Notes: generated by a model not told the origin, from the sequence alone. 64,000 nt of DNA from Eledone cirrhosa (GCA_964016885.1 OZ024741.1:69936001-70000000); one strand, 5' to 3'. Numbered from the stretch's first letter, positions 1-15,058 are shown. A program made the numbers and translations.

Positions 1-625
1 AAACATGACACTCTGGTATCTCTGGTTGTCGTACCATGAGGTGGCTTTCCCTATCTTATGTCTAGCCCTATCTAAGCTATTCCATGATTTGCTCCTGTAT
101 AATGGGCAAATTCCTTTCATGTCCAGTTCTATGAGGGTCTTATACTTCTCCATGGCTCCTTCGTATACTCTGACCCTGTCTCTTTGGTTGTAGCCAGAGA
201 ACTGCATGCGGTTGATGAAGTGTTGGATGTGTTTTTCCATTTCTGTTGGGTCGCACATGCGGGACACATTCTTCATCACTCGTACTAAATCTGCGATCAG
301 AATATTAAACTTAGCACTACTGGACATTGCTGAGTTTTTGAGTATCAGGTATTTAGAGGCCATGGGTTTAGCATAGTGTGAGTGGAGAATATGGGCTCTC
401 TCGTCTATAGTGCTAATCCAGAGTTCTGTGTCTAATACAGGTAGTTTATTGTTAGGGTGTTTGGAGAGGAAGTCGATAGTTAGAGTTATACTCTGGTGTA
501 TGGAATTAGCTATCTGCTGGATGCTTTCCATCGTGCTATGTTCTAAATCAAACTTGTTAGTGCTCTCTAGTGGGGGTGTTCTTATAACTATATTGATATC
601 GTCTACATAACGAGAGTACATGATG
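1..625 (-). mobile_element. Penelope-like element family A, inverted left arm (RT palm/thumb), continues beyond window start
   Basis: Reverse complement of 625-1100 and near-identical to 27020-27644; contains the RYVDD-coding sequence near 600-612. Confidence 0.9.
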
Positions 626-2159
626 TAACTATCGACTTCCCCTCCAAACACCCTAACAATAAACTACCTGTATTAGACACAGCACTCTGGATTAACACTA
701 TAGACGAGAGAGCCCATATTCTCCACTCACACTATGCTAAACCCATGGCCTCCAATTACCTGATACTCAAAAACTCAGCAATGTCCAGTAGTGCTAAGTT
801 TAATATTCTGATCGCAGATTTGGTACGAGTGATGAAGAATGTGTCCCGCATGTGCGACCCAACAGAAATGGAAAAACACATCCAACACTTCATCAACCGC
901 ATGCAGTTCTCTGGCTACAACCAAAGAGACAGAGTCAGAGTATACGAAGGAGCCATGGAAAAGTATAAGACCCTCATAGAACTGGACATGAAAGGAATTT
1001 GCCCACTATACAGGAGCAAATCATGGAATAGCTTAGATAGGGCTAGACATAAGATAGGGAAAGCCACCTCATGGTACGACAACCAGAGATACCAGAGTGT
1101 CATGTTTGTGGACGCTACCCCTGGAGGGAAATTAGCTAACCAGTGTAGAAAGGCCCTGAGAAAGACCCACTTAAAAATTAAGGTGGTAGAAAAGCCAGGA
1201 ACCACCATAAAATCCCTGATCAGCAAAACCTACCCTTTTAAGAAAACCCACTGCACCAATAGGAAATGTATCATATGTAAGGTAAACCCCCGGATAAACT
1301 GTAAAACTAGAAACGTAGTCTATAGCATAAGATGTACAGAGGGTACTTGCAGAAACATGACAACAACATACATAGGTGAGACAGCTCGTAGCATAAGTGA
1401 AAGGATAGACCAACACTGGGGGGAACTAAAAGGACGAAAAAACGGGTCAGTACTATACGAACATGCTAGACAACAACATGACGGTAACATAGACAACATA
1501 GAAATTAGAATAATATCTAAACATAGAAATGACCCAGCAGATAGGCAAATCAGAGAGGCCAGTGAAGTAGAAATTAGAAGACCAAGACTAAACAGAAAGA
1601 ATGAATGGAATAACAACAACACCCAAACAAACAACACTGACCTAAGAGAAGTATAAATAAGTAAATAAAATAAAATAAATAAATAAATAAATACATACAC
1701 AAGCACAATAACAACAAGCACATAAACACACACTAGTCACCCATCACACAGCAAACAAAACACTATACACACACGCAAACGCATGCGCAAAGAAGACAAA
1801 ATAAAATAAACAAACAAGCAAAGAAATAAATAAATATATAGACAGACTGAATAAAAATGGCGTAGACATACAATACAACAGGAGGAAAAGATAGCATAAA
1901 CTATATATATGTGTTTGTGTCTATATTGTATCTGTATTATTTTTGACCGTCGGTCAGTCAATGGCAACATTGAGGACCGAGTAAGTTAGATTACCGATAT
2001 AAAAGACACAGAAGCGAGAAGCGAAAACCAACCAAACAGTGAGTGTGTTCTGTTATTAATTCTGGCAATATTACACAAATATGACCTCCCCAAGTATAAC
2101 AATATTTGTTTCGACACACGATTTCATATAAAAAACCTCGCAAAACTAATTCATCGCCG

Positions 2160-2160
<1 letters not shown>
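625..2160 (+). mobile_element. Penelope-like element family A, 5'-truncated right arm: RT thumb, Cys linker, GIY-YIG endonuclease (open 625-1656) and 3' non-coding end
   Basis: CTNRKCIICK..C linker, VVYSIRC...YIGETARS..ER..QH and IREA.E...P.LNRK GIY-YIG motifs; ends AATTCATCGCCGC directly before (TA)n. Confidence 0.92.
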
Positions 2161-2222
<62 letters not shown>

Positions 2223-2226
2223 TATG

Positions 2227-2300
<74 letters not shown>

Positions 2301-2772
2301 CACACACACACACATATATATATATATAAACACCCACACAAATATATATATGTATATATATTTAGGACCGTGTGCACACGAGTGTATGTGTGTGTGTTTG
2401 AGCGCGGTGCAGAAAGTGGGTGAAGATATGAGAAAGTATTATGGCAAGAAAGGAAGGAAGGAAGACAGAAAGAAAGAAGGAAGGAAGGAAGGAAGGAAAG
2501 AAAGGAAGAAAAAGGAAAGCTAATAGCTGAAAAAAGAAAGACGTCGGTGTAAAATTCTTATGACAGACATGTATGAAATAATCTTCAACGTTGCAAGAGT
2601 CAACGACATCTCTGTAATAAATAGTAATTTTCAGGAACGTCGCGCAGCTCAGTAAACGCCCTTCTGATGATGGTTTCATTGAGAAAAATTACAAGTAGAA
2701 GTATCACAAGGATGAACGGTTGTTATGGTCATACTGGTGTGTGATTTATCGCCAACATTTTAGCATTTCTAC

Positions 2773-2828
<56 letters not shown>

Positions 2829-2866
2829 CCACCCCAATTCACGTTTAACCCTCCCCTCTCTCTCTC

Positions 2867-2898
<32 letters not shown>

Positions 2899-3404
2899 CG
2901 GTATATGTATAGAACGAGAGAGAAAGAGATGCAAAATCCCGACTGCGGTGCCAAGCGGTTTCAGTCTCAGCACCACTGTCTCTCGCTCTCTCTCTGTATC
3001 TATATGAGAGTCAGGACCCCGACGGCTGAGCTCTTACCGTTTCAGCAGCTAGTTCCAGACCTCAATCATATAACCATACTCTACTACTCCAAGTATCGAG
3101 TACTTTGGTGATTAATGGTCTAACCAGTTTCTAACTGAATCCATCCTGATTTATATATATATATATAGTGGCAGTGATGCTAAAATTTTGGTGATAAATC
3201 ACACACACACACGCACACACACTCATACACACGCATACACATGCACGCGCACGCACATACACACACACATATATATATATACCACGCACCACACACATAC
3301 ATTCAAATGAACTTCTGACATGGTGACCTTAGTAACCTAGAAAAAGAACTGTATATTTATATTACAGTAATTTTATTGGTTAATTTATTCATTTTCTTAC
3401 AAGT

Positions 3405-3840
3405 GGCCGAAATAGGATTCCTCTGAAGGGTCTTTGGAGTAACGTTACTTTATAGTGTGCGTAGCTCTGAGATCAGGGATTCGCTCCTGGTAGAATCGCT
3501 ACCTCTCCGAATTAAGGTATCACAGCTCTACTACAGGCATGTAGCTAGAATATCTCAGGAGAGAATCGCTGGACAGATTTTACGGGCAAAGCCAACTGGC
3601 AGGAGACCCGGAGGTAACTACAAGCAAGATGGTTGGATAACATACATAATTTCGGTTTGTCTCATTTGGGGACCCAGCCGGATCTTGTGGAGACAGTAGC
3701 TGCTGATAGGTCCCTCTGGAAGACGTGTCTGAGGACTTTACCCCTATGAGCCTCCCAAGAATAAGTGAACAACGAAGAAGAAGAAGAAGAAGAAGAAGAA
3801 GAAGAAGAAGAAGAAGAAGAAGAAGAAGAAGAAGAAGAAC
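3405..3840 (+). mobile_element. RTE-clade LINE 3' fragment with (GAA)n tail
   Basis: R.SEIRD.L.VE.L..RI...QL.Y..HVAR...ERIA.QIL.A.P.GRRP.G motif of the RTE C-terminus. Confidence 0.7.
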
Positions 3841-4793
3841 TGATTAAGCATCTCTAACCGGTCCGCGGCAGCGCGGTATTCACACTGAGTGTTATTAAGT
3901 ATTTTATTTAATCGGATAAACTGCTAATGCGTTAGTTATTTATTAATTGAATTAACTACCAATAATGCATTATTTAAACAAATCGTTGTATTTGATTTAA
4001 TAAGCTGTCAAGAATAGGTTTTATTCATAAAATGTCATCGCGGATAGAGACAGATAATCGTTTACTGATGAAATACCAATAACAAATGAAACCAGCACAA
4101 CTGATCCTATTTTTCTGTTCACCGCGATACAGCAGAAAAAGACCACAGTTTAAGACTTTTCAGTCTATTGAATTATGTGTAATTTACACATACAATGCTG
4201 TCTGAAATCTACAGGGTTTTTCTGTAGTGACCTGTAGATATATCTTGTTAATTTGTCCTAACTCCCTTATGGTTGAGTAAACATTAAGCGGGTATTAACT
4301 GTTTCTCCTAGCAGGTATATTAGTCGCCAAGCATCGAGCTTTTACCACCCTTCTGTGATAGGTATACCACGTGATAATTCTCCCCCACCCCACCTACCCC
4401 AGAAATTTTCAGAAATTCGTCCTTTCATTGAGGGGTCTATTGATAAGTCGACAACATCACGGCCCCAGTACATTTTAGTTGTACTCTGGCTGCACACCAA
4501 TCGGTGAAACTGTACTCTACTACGAAGATAAAGGTTAGCTATATATCTTTTCTATTTGCTCTCTTCACATTTATAATTGTTATATAGCGCTGATTAATGG
4601 ATTATTTATTTAGTTCTCTCAGTTATTGAGCAAAACTGGTAAAGGAGGGACACCATATATATATGTGTGTGTTTACACTTATGTATCTATATGTAGGTAT
4701 ATCTTATATATCTGTCCATACACACACACATATATATGTGTGTTTACACTTATGTATCTACATCTATGTATATCTTATATATCTGTCCATATC

Positions 4794-4889
<96 letters not shown>

Positions 4890-5714
4890 AATAACCTTGG
4901 CAGGATTTGAAATCAGAACGTAAAGGACCGTAATTCTATGTCGCGAAGCATGTTGTCCGACGCTCTACTGACACTAATAATAATATTAATGATGATGCTG
5001 ATGATGATGTTAATAAGGGTCGGACACTATGCTTTGCAGCAAAAGAGTTACGGCCCTTTATGGTCTGAGTTCAAATCCATCCGCGGTTAACTTTGCCTTT
5101 CATCTTTACGGAGTCGATAAAATAAAGTACCAGTAATACACTGCGATAATTGCTGGCCTTGTGCCAAAAGTAGAAACAATTATTATGGCAGTATCGGTAG
5201 AGCGCCAGACAACAATGCTTCGCAGCATAGCGTTACGTACGGGCCTTTAGGTTCTGAGTTCAAAACCCACCGAAGTTAGCTTTGCTTTTCATCTTTACGG
5301 GAGCAATATAAAATGAAGCACCAGCGATACACTGGAGTCGAATTAATCGACTTTCCCCTCCCCAAAATTGTTGACCTTGTGCCTATATAAGACACCATTA
5401 TTATATCTAGAAATATCGGTGAATTGGCAGTATCGGTAGAGGGTCGGAAGCCATGCTTTGACGTATAGAGTTACGGCCCTTGAAATTCTGAGTTCAAATC
5501 CCGCCAAGGTTAACTTTGCCTTTCATCCTTACGGGGTCGATAAAATAAAGTACCAGTAATTGCTGGCCTTGTGCCAAAAGTAGAAACAATTGTTATATCT
5601 AGAAATGAAATGAAATACATAAGCTTCCTCACCACCTACACCACCACCACCACCACCTCTACCACCACAACTACCACCACCACCACCACCACCACCACCG
5701 CCGCCGCCACCGCC

Positions 5715-5761
<47 letters not shown>

Positions 5762-5961
5762 NNNNNNNNNNNNNNNNNNNNNNNNNNNNNNNNNNNNNNN
5801 NNNNNNNNNNNNNNNNNNNNNNNNNNNNNNNNNNNNNNNNNNNNNNNNNNNNNNNNNNNNNNNNNNNNNNNNNNNNNNNNNNNNNNNNNNNNNNNNNNNN
5901 NNNNNNNNNNNNNNNNNNNNNNNNNNNNNNNNNNNNNNNNNNNNNNNNNNNNNNNNNNNNN
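5762..5961. other. Assembly gap (200 N)
   Basis: Run of n. Confidence 1.
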
Positions 5962-6183
5962 CAAGCAGCATTTATACACCTGATATTTGTACTGCTGAAG
6001 CCCTGGAAATACTTTACGCCAACGAATGTATTTTAAACAAAAAATCTGAGGCAATTTCCTCTTGTAAACATAAACTAAAACATTCTTATTTTACAGCTTA
6101 ACATTGAATCCTAAAGGATATTACGGACAATATGCAGATGATAAGTCATGATGTAGTAGCTAAGAACAATTAAATTTATACTA

Positions 6184-6186
<3 letters not shown>
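5962..6186 (+). mobile_element. 3' end fragment of a second PLE family
   Basis: ICTAEALEIL...LNKKSEAISSCKH resembles the C-terminal C..EK..I...LNKRSE..S.CRH motif of some PLE GIY-YIG domains; followed by (TA)n and truncated on the left by the assembly gap. Confidence 0.5.
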
Positions 6187-6218
<32 letters not shown>

Positions 6219-7137
6219 AGAGTCAAGACCCCGACGGCTGAGCTGCAGCCGTTTCGATAGCTGCTCGGATCTAACGGCCGGAGCTCATCAGTCGGGTCCT
6301 TACTTTTTTCCTATTACTCACTCTACTACCGTAAGTATTGAGTACTCTGGTGCGTTATGGTCCACCTGGTCTGGTATCTTACCAAACCCTCTTTGTTTTA
6401 TATATATATATATATATATATGTTGGCTGCCAACTCGTTTTCGAGTACGGCCACTACTGTATATCCATGTAGGAGAACCCCTACCGATGCGCTGAACGAG
6501 TGTGACTTTTTAGTCCAGCCAGCGACTTGAAAACTCTGGTACAAACACTACACTTGTGACCATTATTGACACATAGTGCTGGGCCCATGGTACCATGTGA
6601 CGACAAGTGCAGGGAGATCTCCAGATATAAAGAAATGCCTGTGCCGTGAAGCTTTTATAGTGAGCAAAGGCACTGCACAAAGCCAGTCCCACTCTCTTAA
6701 CCAAGATATTTACCAAAAAGAAGAATAAGTCAACATCATTGGATACCATCAGGGTTGCAGGTGTTATATCAGAGCTTTCCTTCTCCTAGAATTCTGCCTT
6801 GACAAAGGCTAAGGGGTCATCTCTCCCGGTGATTTTGGATGGCCATTGACTCTTAAGAGCTCCTTTGCCCTTTGACAGGTTTTGTTTTTAGTCCTGCAGG
6901 ATGTCCAAAGTCACCCTCTTCACCAAGAAACCTTGGTGGGGTTGCCAGTTTAGTCGCCCACGACCCGACCATGTATATATATATGTATGTGTGTGCATGT
7001 ATATATTTCATACACTATATTTTTGTTAACGCATGCATCCACACCTGTAAGCGCAGACTAATGTAGGACAACGATTAGCCCACCTTTAATCCTTCCTGTC
7101 TCTCTTTTACCTTATTATTATTAGCCTATTGTTATCA

Positions 7138-7430
7138 GACCTGCCAACCCCTAAAAAGCCAAACGGGGAGTACCATAAAAATGTGCCCCAGAATGTGGCG
7201 AGATGAGGCAAAATAGGGAGATTTTACATAATTAATTGTTTCTACTTTAGGCACAAGGCCAGCAATTATCCCAGTGTATTACTGGTACTTTATTTTATCG
7301 ACCCCGTAAGGATGAAAGGGAGATTTTACATAATGAAAGCTATACCCATTTTCATAAGAAAAGATATCTCTCAACCACTCTAAAGTGGGTGTGAGATCTC
7401 CCCGTCCGACGAGGAGAGTTGACATGTCTG
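7138..7430. mobile_element. MITE interrupted by a SINE fragment with a 17-bp target-site duplication
   Basis: TIR-like CAGACCTGCCAAC / GTTGACATGTCTG; GGGAGATTTTACATAAT duplicated at ~7216 and ~7318 around the SINE. Confidence 0.6.
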
Positions 7431-8205
7431 TGTTATTATATATTATAATTACTATTATTATTATTATTATCACTATTATATATATATATGAGAATCCATT
7501 CTTAATCTTTTGAAATTATCCCCTCTTTCATACATCATTGCTAAAAATTACTGCTTTTTTTTTCTATTAATCTTCCCCGTCCATGAGGGAGATTTTCATA
7601 AATTGATCGTATATGACATCCAGTACACCGCTATCGATATTCTAGTATGTCTAGCGACGATGTAGAAATTCCATCGTTGGCTGGGGTGTACATAGGATAT
7701 AAAAGTTATCTAGCTACATACAGATGCTAAATCGATAAGAAAGCACAGAAAAGGCCGAAAGCAAATAATCTAAACATAAGTCAAATATCGACAGCAAAAA
7801 TAGTCTGGGAAATTTCTGAGTAATGTCACTGCAACCTTTCCTCTTGAATACAATAACTTTATTCAAAGAGGTTAAAGCAGATGTAAGACATGTTCAGCTT
7901 AAGGACTGCATGTTGTATTTGTACAGGGTGGACCATGACTTGCAATATATTTGTGAATAAAATACGTTGAACTGAAATTTCAATCTCTTTCTTAATATTC
8001 ACATACACATCTCTCTCTCCCGATTACTTAAATACATGTGTGTCCCCCCCCCCTCTATCTGTATGTTAACTGTCTTATTTTTTCCCTTCTGTTTAATTTT
8101 CTCTCTCTCCTTTTTTCCTTCACCAATAAGTTTATCCCGGGTTCAATCGGGTGTAACCACAGTAAGGTACTCAATACATAGCAGAGTATAAATATTTAAT
8201 ATATA

Positions 8206-8261
<56 letters not shown>

Positions 8262-8458
8262 GCGGTGGAAGCATTTCTGAATTGGTGGCAAATTTGGACA
8301 TAAATTGGGGGTGGGGTGGCAAATTCCCACCCCTTTCCACCGCCACTGTGTATGTATAATATAAAAAAATTATGCTATGTGCTCTTTCCTAAGAGGTTAA
8401 TAAATCGAGCATTTTCGTATTTGGTAAGAAACTGGTATAATACCCAATTTATTCGTCT

Positions 8459-8520
<62 letters not shown>

Positions 8521-9029
8521 TACACATTCATTTATTATGGCTATTGGTGAGCTTTGTTACTCTAAAGTTTCACCTGCTCACTCACAGGATCACCTGTCGT
8601 GTCTGGTGAGTACACAGTTGAGACTCCAGAGTAACAAGGCTTAGCCATAATAAATGAATATTTAAACTCTACTTCGCTATTGAGTTTTCATTCTTACGTC
8701 CGTCAATAATTCACGCACTCTGAGGTCTTGAATAATCGTCCCCACCCCCCGTTTATTAATTTGTCAGAATTTTTCCACCCCCGCAACCACTTATTAAATT
8801 GTGCTAATCTATCTCCGGCGAAATGTTATTGTAAGTGATTCATATTGAAACAACAGCTGGAGAATCTAATAATAATTTTATTTTACATTAAAAAACATTA
8901 TATATGACAAAAGAAGAACATTACAAGAAATCCCATATTTAAGAACGTACACTATACAATTACTGATTTCCTAAGCCCCTCCCCCCATTGTTGCCACCCC
9001 TCCTATTATTTGGGACCCGAGAGTGCCAC

Positions 9030-9835
9030 CAAGCTCTCCTCCTCTCTATGTCTATCACACAAAACTCTCTTTTAATCCCCCTCTCTGTATCTACTAAAAC
9101 CAAACTCTACCACTCTCTATATCTACCACGACATCGCCTCTCTATATTTAAGACTAATACACTTTCTCACTCTCTATAAATATCTACACCTCTGTATATC
9201 AATCACCCCAAATCTCACCCTCTCTATATCTACTACTCGGCATTCTCCCATTATCCCTCTCTGATATGTAAAACCACCAAATTCTTCTGCTTTCTATATC
9301 TACTACACAGAACTCTCTTCCAATCACCCTACTAAACTATACCCCTCTCTATATCTAGCATACAACACTCTCTCTCATTTCGTCTCACTCTATCTATCAC
9401 TACCAAACTTTCCCCTCTCTATCTCTATCAATCCTCTCGCTTTATTCATTACCAACAAACTCTCCCCTCCCTACATCAACCAAACAACATAATTTCCCAA
9501 TCTATATCAATTAACACCAAACTCGCCCCTCTTTATATCTACTACACGGAACTCTCTTCTAATACCCCTCTCTAAATTAATTAACCCCAAACTCTCTCTT
9601 TCTATATCAACTAATCCCAAACTCTCTCCCTTCTCTATATCTACTATATGGAACTCTTTTCCAATCCTCCTCTCTATATCAATTAACACCAAACTATTCC
9701 CCTCTCTATATCTACTACCCGGAACTCTCTTTAAATTCCTCTCTCTATATCAATAAACCTAAATCTCTCCCCCTCCCTATATCTAATATACAACACACTC
9801 TCCCAATCTTCCTCTCTATATCTATATCTATCTCT
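9030..9835 (+). repeat. Degenerate pyrimidine-rich tandem repeat
   Basis: Recurrent CTCTCTATATCTACTAC / AACTCTCT motifs. Confidence 0.7.
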
Positions 9836-10149
9836 CCATCTGTCTCTACGTAACATGTACATAAATTGCAGCACATTTACAAATAGATGCGTGTTTTGGT
9901 AGTTTTGGTAGAAAAATATAATTATAAATATATAAATATATAATATTAATATAATTATAAATATATAAATATATAAAACTTGGTAATAAACAGCAGCCTA
10001 TCAACTGTATTGCAGAATAGCTTTATAACTGGTGGAAATTATATCATTCCCATTTCACTTTTGACCCGCTGTGCCATTTCTTTTAGATCCTGTACTATAC
10101 CAGGGTGCTACCCCAGAACGCAAAAATATATCATGTAAATACAATTTAA

Positions 10150-10560
10150 TAAAAAAAGAAAACAAATTAGATTCAGAAGAAAAAATGGAATGTAAAATAA
10201 GAAAATATAAAAAAAAAACAGAAAAGGAAAGGAATGACAAGGGCTATAGTGTCACATAAGAATGGGGAAGGGGAGGAGAGGTTGATTGGGTCTGGGCCTA
10301 GAACGCAGCGGTAATGGAGCTGCGCCCCACAGACAAGACTGCAAAAACCTTCCCGCGGACAATGGCCAGCGTCACCCGCTGCAACAGCCACCCCCACCTC
10401 ACGAGGCTCCTTCTCCAGACGGACCGTCGACGTTCCGATCTTCTGGAGGAGCTCAGCAGTACGGGGTCCAAGTACGCCTGAGGTCTCGACGGCAACCGGT
10501 GCGAAGAGAACATTCTGTCAGCAGGGAGCCTGAGGCGGTAAATTAGTAGGTAGTGAAGGA
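10150..10560 (-). mobile_element. CRE-type LINE 3' fragment (relatives at ~38960-39360 and ~54270-54570)
   Basis: PVAVETSGVLGP and EPREV.WLLQRV.L.IVRG(N/K) resemble the C-terminal P.AVET.G...QR.S.AI.RGNA motifs of CRE-clade elements. Confidence 0.65.
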
Positions 10561-11191
10561 TACTCTTTTGGACGTCTCTTTCACACATCTATCCTATATA
10601 ATAAGAGCGTTGTTACTAATTAGAAGGACATCTTCATACGAATTTCGACTCATTCTGATCAAAAGCAAATCTCTTCACTCCATCTCCACCATTAAGCAGC
10701 AGATGCACGAATATATATAATAGACGTGACACACCGATGACATAGAAATACTGAACAAGACACTAACAGAAAGCTGGAAATACCGGGGAATAATTATGGG
10801 TTTTGATTTAACCCTTGTCATACTATACCACATGTAAACGGCCCTGATTCTATGATAAAATACTGTTTGTTTTAAAGTGTTATATCTATATTATAATTCT
10901 GCTTGTTCGTTCGTTCGAGCGTTACGCTTTAGATAGTTAGAGATAGGGGGTGGGTGAAGTAAGTGAGTAGGAAGGTGGGGAAAGAGAAAGAGCGAAATGT
11001 AGTGAGAAAGAGAGAGAGAGGGGTGAAAGAGTGAGGAGTGGTGAGTGAGAGAGAGGAACAGGTAGAGACAGAGATGCGTTCGATAAAATTGAGAGAAAGA
11101 GAGAGAGGTGTAGAAGCAAAACAGTGGGAATGAGAGGGTAAACTGAAGAGGGCAAATGTCTTCTTTACACACTCTTTAACTGTCCATTTTC

Positions 11192-11286
<95 letters not shown>

Positions 11287-11320
11287 AAATAAGACGCTTA
11301 CATTAGTCCATCCCTATTTA

Positions 11321-11390
11321 TTTTATTATACGTATTTCGAAGATATATGGCTTTTGTATAACATCAGTCAACAATTCTCTTCAGATCAAA
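11321..11390 (-). ncRNA. Minimal type I hammerhead ribozyme in a ~155-bp TA-flanked insert
   Basis: UUUGAU-CUGAAGA-GAA..UUC-GAAA-U(ACGU)A-UA^AUAAAA. Confidence 0.75.
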
Positions 11391-11460
11391 TCCACAAGAG
11401 ATGTAAATATCAGTTGATATGCAAGCGGTCACACGTTTATATATATATATATATATATAA

Positions 11461-12200
11461 ACTACCCGTCCTTTGGACGGTTCAAGTAGCTTTCGATGTA
11501 GCTCATTAAACTAAACAAAGTAACTTTGAATACATAGAAGAAAAACGTACTTTATGTAAACATGAAAACCTTAGGCACTATTCCAGCGAAATAATTAATA
11601 TGTGAGCTCGGTGTCATCCGTTATACCATGTAACAACAGAAATCCAGTCTAGGTATAAATTTTTTTGACAACAGTAAAAGCGCATCATGAAATAGAGAAG
11701 TGAAGTGAATAATAGACACTATTATGTACAAAGCATAATATTGTAAAAGTTATGACATCACTTAATGTATGAACATCAAGCTTGAAACGATAAATTATAC
11801 AATGTCAAATCTATAACTTAACTTAGTAATCTGTTAGAAATTGCTCGTTGTGAAATATACAAAATGATATTGTTAGTCTCAAGGAAGCGTACCTTTGTTT
11901 CAAGTACAAAGAATAAATTAAAATCCGAATGAGCCGAATTACGTAAGATAACTCTTGTCTTACTTAAAGTCTTACTAATAACGAAAATTGACACAAATAA
12001 CCGAAACTTTTTTAATGTCTCCAAAGGCCCCAATATCGATTTTTGAAAGCCTTTGTAGATCATGTACAGGTTTTGTGCAAGGAGAAGCTCTGTAAAAAAT
12101 TTCAAAGAAATCGCATGAATGGTTTACAATATATGAGCCCTCATTAAAAATTGTCCACACATACACACAAACATACAGAAAACTTCGTCTTTATATATAT
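11461..12200 (-). mobile_element. Non-autonomous Helitron-like element
   Basis: 5' TATATAAAG..GTGTGTATG start and 3' hairpin CCGTCC-AAA-GGACGG followed by GTAG. Confidence 0.55.
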
Positions 12201-12206
12201 ACAGAT

Positions 12207-12348
<142 letters not shown>

Positions 12349-13059
12349 CATTTAGTACAGCATCATCGAACCTCTGGTTGCAGCCAAGCTAACGAATGCA
12401 GTCGGGGTGTGCAGCTAAGCACTCAATAAGGTATATTACATTAGAGTTATAACATTACGTTTAGACAGCTTTGCAAGTTGAAGACAGCGACCGATAGACG
12501 AGCCGTAGTGACCAAAGCGACGAAAAAAACTGAACTCAGGATAAAATATGACAAACCTGGACCATCGCGTCGATACCATACATAACACATAATATATAAT
12601 ATATATCACATATAATATATAATATCTCCGCTAGGTTTCTGTAAATCCGAAATCAACAAAATCCACTTGCAGGGGCCTGCAAGTTATTGGTTTTTGGAAG
12701 GTAGAACAGTGGAATTTACTTCGTCAACAAGTTTTCGTTCTAATCCGCCCGGTTGTGAATAATAGCAGTAAACATTGGTAGTAGGCACATGGTTTTCCCG
12801 AAGGGACCTAACCCCCGGTATGAACAAATTGGAGAGTTAAAGAGTGAGTAAAATCTGTGCTGCTCACACACACACAGAGAGAGGACTATTTGCATCAAGG
12901 GATAGATGGCCATCAAGCTGAAAATATGGCACTTGGTTACATTAATATATTGATTGAAAATAGTATCAACTGCACAAGACTGGGCGGTCCTAGCTCAACC
13001 CATTGAGATACTTGAGCCTGAGCTCCAAGTTGACATCAACCACCCTGATACTGATTCTC

Positions 13060-14802
13060 TTACTGAAGAGCAATGAGTGATTGCTGATACTGTAATTGAT
13101 GTCGTTTAACAAAGGTGAAAACCTGAAAGACCTGCACATACCTGCTTCTACGCAGATGCAGCTGGATGTTATGGCAAAACATACTTTTTCAATACATTGA
13201 TTTCTCATCTCCAGATGAATAACTATCATGTGTGTTGCGGTACTTGGACCGACGTTGTGTCTACAGTGCTGCTGGGACGTAGAACTATGCACAGTTTATT
13301 TAAACTACCTGTTCGACTAACAGAGACCAGTGTGTGTAATGTGTCTGACCCATCTGAATTACGAAACCTGGATCTCATAATACTTGACCAAGCTTCTATG
13401 ATTCCTTTTTATACAATTCATGCCATTGGCAAGTGTCAAGGAAATGTTTAGAAGAAAGGTTTTACTTTTGGGAGGTTTTGACTACATGTAAGTACTGCCA
13501 ATATTACCAAGAAGTACTCGTGAAGCCACCTTAGAAATATACCTTAAAAACTTCCATCTGCAGCATATCTTTCAACATTTTATATTAAACAGTAATATCA
13601 GAGTAAGAGAAGATCAGAGAGAGTTTGCGAAGTGGCTACTATATCTTGGCAATGGAACAACACCTCCAACTGAAGAACTGAATATGAATGAAGATGATGA
13701 TGAAATGACTCCATTTTCGTCTGTAAGTGACTCTTTAGTGAAACAAACGTTCAGCAATGCAACGCAACAAGAGAAAAGAACGCAAGTAATTTTATCTCCC
13801 TAAAATGCTGGTTGCCTATTAATCAATGAAGAGATTCTCCGACAACTACTCGGTAATAGCCATATCTATTACAGTACAGATAGAGTGATCGCTGATGACC
13901 CTACGGATTATGCAATGGCACAAGATTATACGTAGTGGGATTGCCTCAACATTCCATCGAAGCTTCTCATAAAATTGGTCCTTTGATAGGTAGCGTGTTT
14001 TGATCCCAAGGCTGAAGTTAGCCTCCAGTGATCCCAACATCCTTTTTACTTTGTAAAGAGCCCAGTTTCCAGTAAGGCACTCGTATGCGCTGACATACAA
14101 CAATATCCAGGGTTAAACATACGATAAAGTATGTCTGTTCCTTCCTGAGCAAGTATTTAGCCATGTCACTTTTTCGAATATGCATACAGTCAGATGTAAA
14201 AATTAAAGTATTGAACACTGATAAGCAAAGGCGGCGAGGTAATAAAACTGCGACAAAGAACATCCTATACAAAAAGATATTAAGATAAATCTGAGCCCAG
14301 TTAAAGAGTTGCAAGCTGCAATAGAACTGAAACTAATCACGTACATATAAATATTGTGTATATTCTCTATATCGTTTTGTGTAAATTAATTGTGTATAAT
14401 GTAAAATAATTATGATAAAATATTGTGTAATAAGACATATGCAATTATTGGGTCGTTAAGTATGAAATTTTTAGAAAAAAAGAAATTTCTACAAATTTCA
14501 TACTTGACGACCCAATATATATTTATCATGCAGCTTCAATAAAAATAAATGCTAACGAATGATATATATATTAAGTATTGTAATAATAATAAATTTGAAG
14601 ACTAAAATCCAAAGCAGCGATTCTTTGCTTAAACTTTAATCTGTTATTTTAATAAATATTAAGTATTGTATATATTTTGTATCATTTATTGCACAGGCAA
14701 CAATAAGATTTATATGCAATAAAAATACAAATCATTCTTTCTTTCTTAAATAGTTCCTCTTATTTTTTTTCGCTCCGTGGAATTTCGACGGGTTCCGTTA
14801 GT
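13060..14802 (+). pseudogene. Degenerate Helitron PIF1 helicase and Helitron 3' end
   Basis: AAGCYGKTYFFNTL, TVLLGRRTMHSLFKLP, LIILDQASM, LLLGGFD, FAKWLLYLGNG, RAQFPVR..ALT motifs with stops and frameshifts; terminal hairpin CCGT..ACGG then TTAG at 14775-14802. Confidence 0.75.
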
Positions 14803-14969
14803 ATATATATATATAATATATAGATTCCCGAGTCGTGCCGGCGAGTAACCACAGTTAAATAGGTACTCAATATATTGGTAGCGTATAGACATATTTGTTA
14901 TATATAGAAATGATTTTTAAATTTCTGATGATTTCATACGAGTGAAACAATTCTAGTCCAGTAGATGTT

Positions 14970-15058
<89 letters not shown>

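Noticed and set aside
4064-4105. CTGATGA...GAAA motif
   Set aside because: No convincing stems II, III or I. Likewise the isolated CTGATGA at ~2664, ~21056 (-) and ~48176.
6225-6300. Apparent complete HHR on the minus strand (CUGAUGA...GAAAC...GUC)
   Set aside because: The CUGAUGA falls in a diverged mirror arm of family B and helix I is mispaired next to the core, so it is probably coincidental; only the 3' half is accepted.
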